64,000 nucleotides of DNA from the NCBI RefSeq assembly GCF_963506605.1, contig NC_083288.1, forward strand, positions 33,852,001-33,916,000, given 5' to 3'. Every line of letters begins with the position of its first letter. Within the stretch, counting starts at the first letter, position 1. The notes under the pieces were generated by a model that was given only the letters and a program-made list of their open reading frames with translations, made no database searches and had not been told where the DNA came from. Origin of the DNA: Zootoca vivipara (taxonomy: Eukaryota). Of the stretch, positions 61,231-64,000 are shown one piece after another. Made by a program: the position numbers and the translations under genes.

Positions 61231-62330
61231 CATGTAGTAATGGGGGATTTCAACTATCCTGATATTTGTTGGATGTCAAACTCAGCCAAGAGCATAAGGT
61301 CGAACAGATTCCTCACTGGCCTTGCAGACAACTTCATTGTCCAGAAAGTGGGAGAAGCAACAAGAGGATCAGCCATTTTAGATCTGGTCCTAACCAATAG
61401 TGATGACTTGGTTAGTGGGGTAGAAGTGGCAGGATCATTAGGTGGGAGTGACCATGCTCTTCTGGAGTTTATTATCCAGCGGAAAGGAGCAACCAAGCAT
61501 ACTAAGGTCCAAATTCTAGACTTTAAGAAAGCCGACTTCAGAAAACTTAGGGAAACGCTGGGTGAAATCCCATGGACAGTAATACTAAAAGGGAAGGGAG
61601 TTCATGATGGTTGGGAGTTTGTTAAAAGGGAGATATTAAAAGCACAACTTCAGGCAATACCAATGAGACGGAAACATGGAAGGTGCCTAAAGAAGCCAGG
61701 CTGGCTATCTAAAGAACTTTTGACTGAGTTAAGATTTAAAAGGGATATGTACAAAAAATGGAAAAGGGGGGAAATCTCCAGAGAGGAATTCAAACATATA
61801 GCCAGCACGTGTAGAGACAAAGTCAGAAAAGCTAAAGCACAGAATGAACTCAGGCTTGCTAGAGAGGTTAAAAGCAACAAAAAGGGCTTTTATGGGTATG
61901 TCCGTAGCAAAACGAAGAACAAGGAAACAGTGGGGTCACTCAGAGGAGAAGATGGTGAAATGCAAACAGGGGACAGAGAAAGGGCAGAACTCCTCAATGC
62001 CTTCTTTGCCTCAGTCTTCTCCAAGAAAGAAAACAACGCCCGACCTGAAGAATATGGAGCAGATGATTCAGCAGGGGAAACACAGCCCAGAATAAGTAAG
62101 GAGGTAGTACAAGAATACTTGGTTAGTTTAGATGTATTCAAGTCTCCAGGGCCAGATGAACTACATCCAAGAGTATTAAAAGAACTGGCAGAGGTGATTT
62201 CAGAACCACTGGCAATAATATTTGAAAATTCCTGGAGAACAGGCGAAGTTCCAGCAGACTGGAGGAGGGCAAATGTTGTCCCTATTTTCAAAAAGGGGAA
62301 AAGAGAGGACCCAAACAATTACCGCCCAGT
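61231..62330 (+). mobile_element. CR1 LINE ORF2 fragment (endonuclease C-half to start of RT)
   Basis: Open frame with VMGDFNYPDICW, AILDLVLTN, SDH, KSPGPDELHPRVLKELA, WRRANVVPIFKKG..NYRPV. Confidence 0.95.
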
Positions 62331-64000
62331 GTGAAAAAGGTGAAATACCTAGGAGTAAATATGACATCAAAAAATCTGAATCTTTATAAGGATAATTATG
62401 AGAAGTTATGGAATGAAATTAAAAGAGATCTGGAAATATGGTCAAGGTTGAAATTGTCCTTAATGGGCAGAATAGCAACTGTTAAAATGAATGTATTGCC
62501 GAGAATGTTGTTTTTATTTCAGGCTCTTCCGATAGTAGATAAGATGAAATGCTTTCAAGAATGGCAGAAGACATTGTCTAAATTTGTCTGGCAAGGGAAG
62601 AAACCTAGGATTAAATATAAACTTTTGACAGATGTAAAAGAAAGAGGAGGATTCTCTTTGCCAGACTTAAAGATTTATTTTGAAGCTGCAGCTTTTTGTT
62701 GGCTGAAGGAATGGTTTTTGCTAGACAATGATGATTTGTGGGTTTTGGAGGGCCATGATAATGCATTCGGGTGGCATGCATATTTATGGTATGATAAAGT
62801 AAAGTTGCATAAAGGTTTTAAAAATCATATAATTAGGAAATCATTGTTTAATGTATGGATTAGATATAAAGATTTGTTGGAAAGAAAAACTCCTAGGTGG
62901 ATTTCACCACTTGAGGCAAAGAAACCTAAAAGGACAAATATGGATGAGAATAGGCTGAAATACAAAGACATTTTGATGGAGGAGGGAAGCCAATTTAAGT
63001 TAAGGCCATATGAACAATTGAAAGATAGGTTGAGTGATTGGTTTCAGTATGTGCAGATAAATGAAGCATTCAAGTTAGATAAAAAATAGGATTCCAATCA
63101 GAAAAGTCGAAATTAGAAATAGAATTATTAGATACAGATAGCAAGAATTTGTCCAGAATGTATAATTTGCTGCTAGAATGGCATTTGAAAGATGAACAAA
63201 CAAAATCGGTTATGATTGAATGGGCCAAGGATTTGGGTCATAATGTGATGATGTCGGATTGGGAAAAATTGTGGAAGAAGGGTATGAAGTTTACGGCATG
63301 TACTGTGTTGAAGGAGAATCTGATGAAAATGATGTACAGATGGTATTTGACGCCGGTTAAGTTAGCGAAAATGTACCACAAAAGTGACAACATATGTTGG
63401 AAATGTAAAGAGGATGTTGGCTCATTCTACCATATGTGGTGGACATGCCCTAAGATAAAAGGCTTCTGGGAAATGATTTATAATGAAATGAAAAAGATTT
63501 ATAAAAATACATTTCTGAAGAAACCGGAAGCCTTTCTACTTGGAATAGTAGGGGAAGAAATTCCCAAAGACGATGTTACTTTGTTCATGTACGCCACCAC
63601 AGCTGCTAGGATTTTAATAGCAAAATATTGGAAAAAAGAGGAATTGCCCTCGTTACAGGAATGGCAAATGAAAATGCTGGACTATATGGAACTGGCAGAA
63701 TTGACAGGAAGACTCCGGGACCAAACAAGTGACAAAGTTGAAAAAGAATGGAGGAGGTTTAAAATATATATAGGGAAAGTATTTGATAATTAGGATTCTG
63801 AATATCCAGGGAAATAAAGAAGTTAAGGCAATAGGGAGAAAATATGAGGTTAAAAGTAGTAAATTTTGGTGGATGGTAGAAAGATGAAAATAAGAAGAGT
63901 TAAAGGGATTATGCGATGGGTAAGAAAGATGAAATAGAAACTGCTACAGATGTATATAAAAAAGGAAAATCAGATAGTGGGGAATTGGGGAAGCCAAAAG
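62331..64000 (+). mobile_element. 5'-truncated L1 LINE (ORF2 C-terminal half plus 3' UTR) joined to the CR1
   Basis: VKYLGV, LSLMGRIATVKMNVLPR, FVWQGKKPRI, ERGGFSLPD, CWKC..HMWWTC zinc knuckle. One frameshift at A6 63081-63086; ORF2 stop at 63793. Confidence 0.93.

Overview
Vertebrate genomic DNA from a squamate reptile (Sauria-type SINEs; probably a lacertid lizard, by inference). Reading splice sites and phases by hand gives five complete, frame-consistent multi-exon genes, which the ORF track mostly misses. They are: (1) a + strand 353-aa uncharacterised WD40 gene with RFX-type promoter motifs (5617-15988); (2) a - strand 362-aa ADP-ribosylarginine hydrolase (ADPRH/ARH1-like) gene (26259-17691); (3) a - strand 187-aa gene for an apparently secreted protein made of signal peptide + B7/NCR3LG1-like IgV + cysteine-flanked coiled coil with no transmembrane segment, whose stop codon is donated by a MITE (31805-27840); (4) LAT (43247-34481, 198 aa); (5) SPNS1 (59120-50845, 518 aa) with a CpG promoter carrying CLEAR/M-box and X-box motifs. 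Introns and spacers hold SINEs, hAT and Tc1/mariner MITEs, L2/CR1/L1 fragments, a complete 2.1-kb RT-less retroelement with its own ORF, and a 202-nt assembly gap. The most notable points are the secreted IgV-coiled-coil gene, a Pro instead of Gly before LAT's PLC-gamma1 tyrosine, and an in-frame YVNV motif hidden in LAT intron 6. No database searches were run; family assignments are from motif recall.
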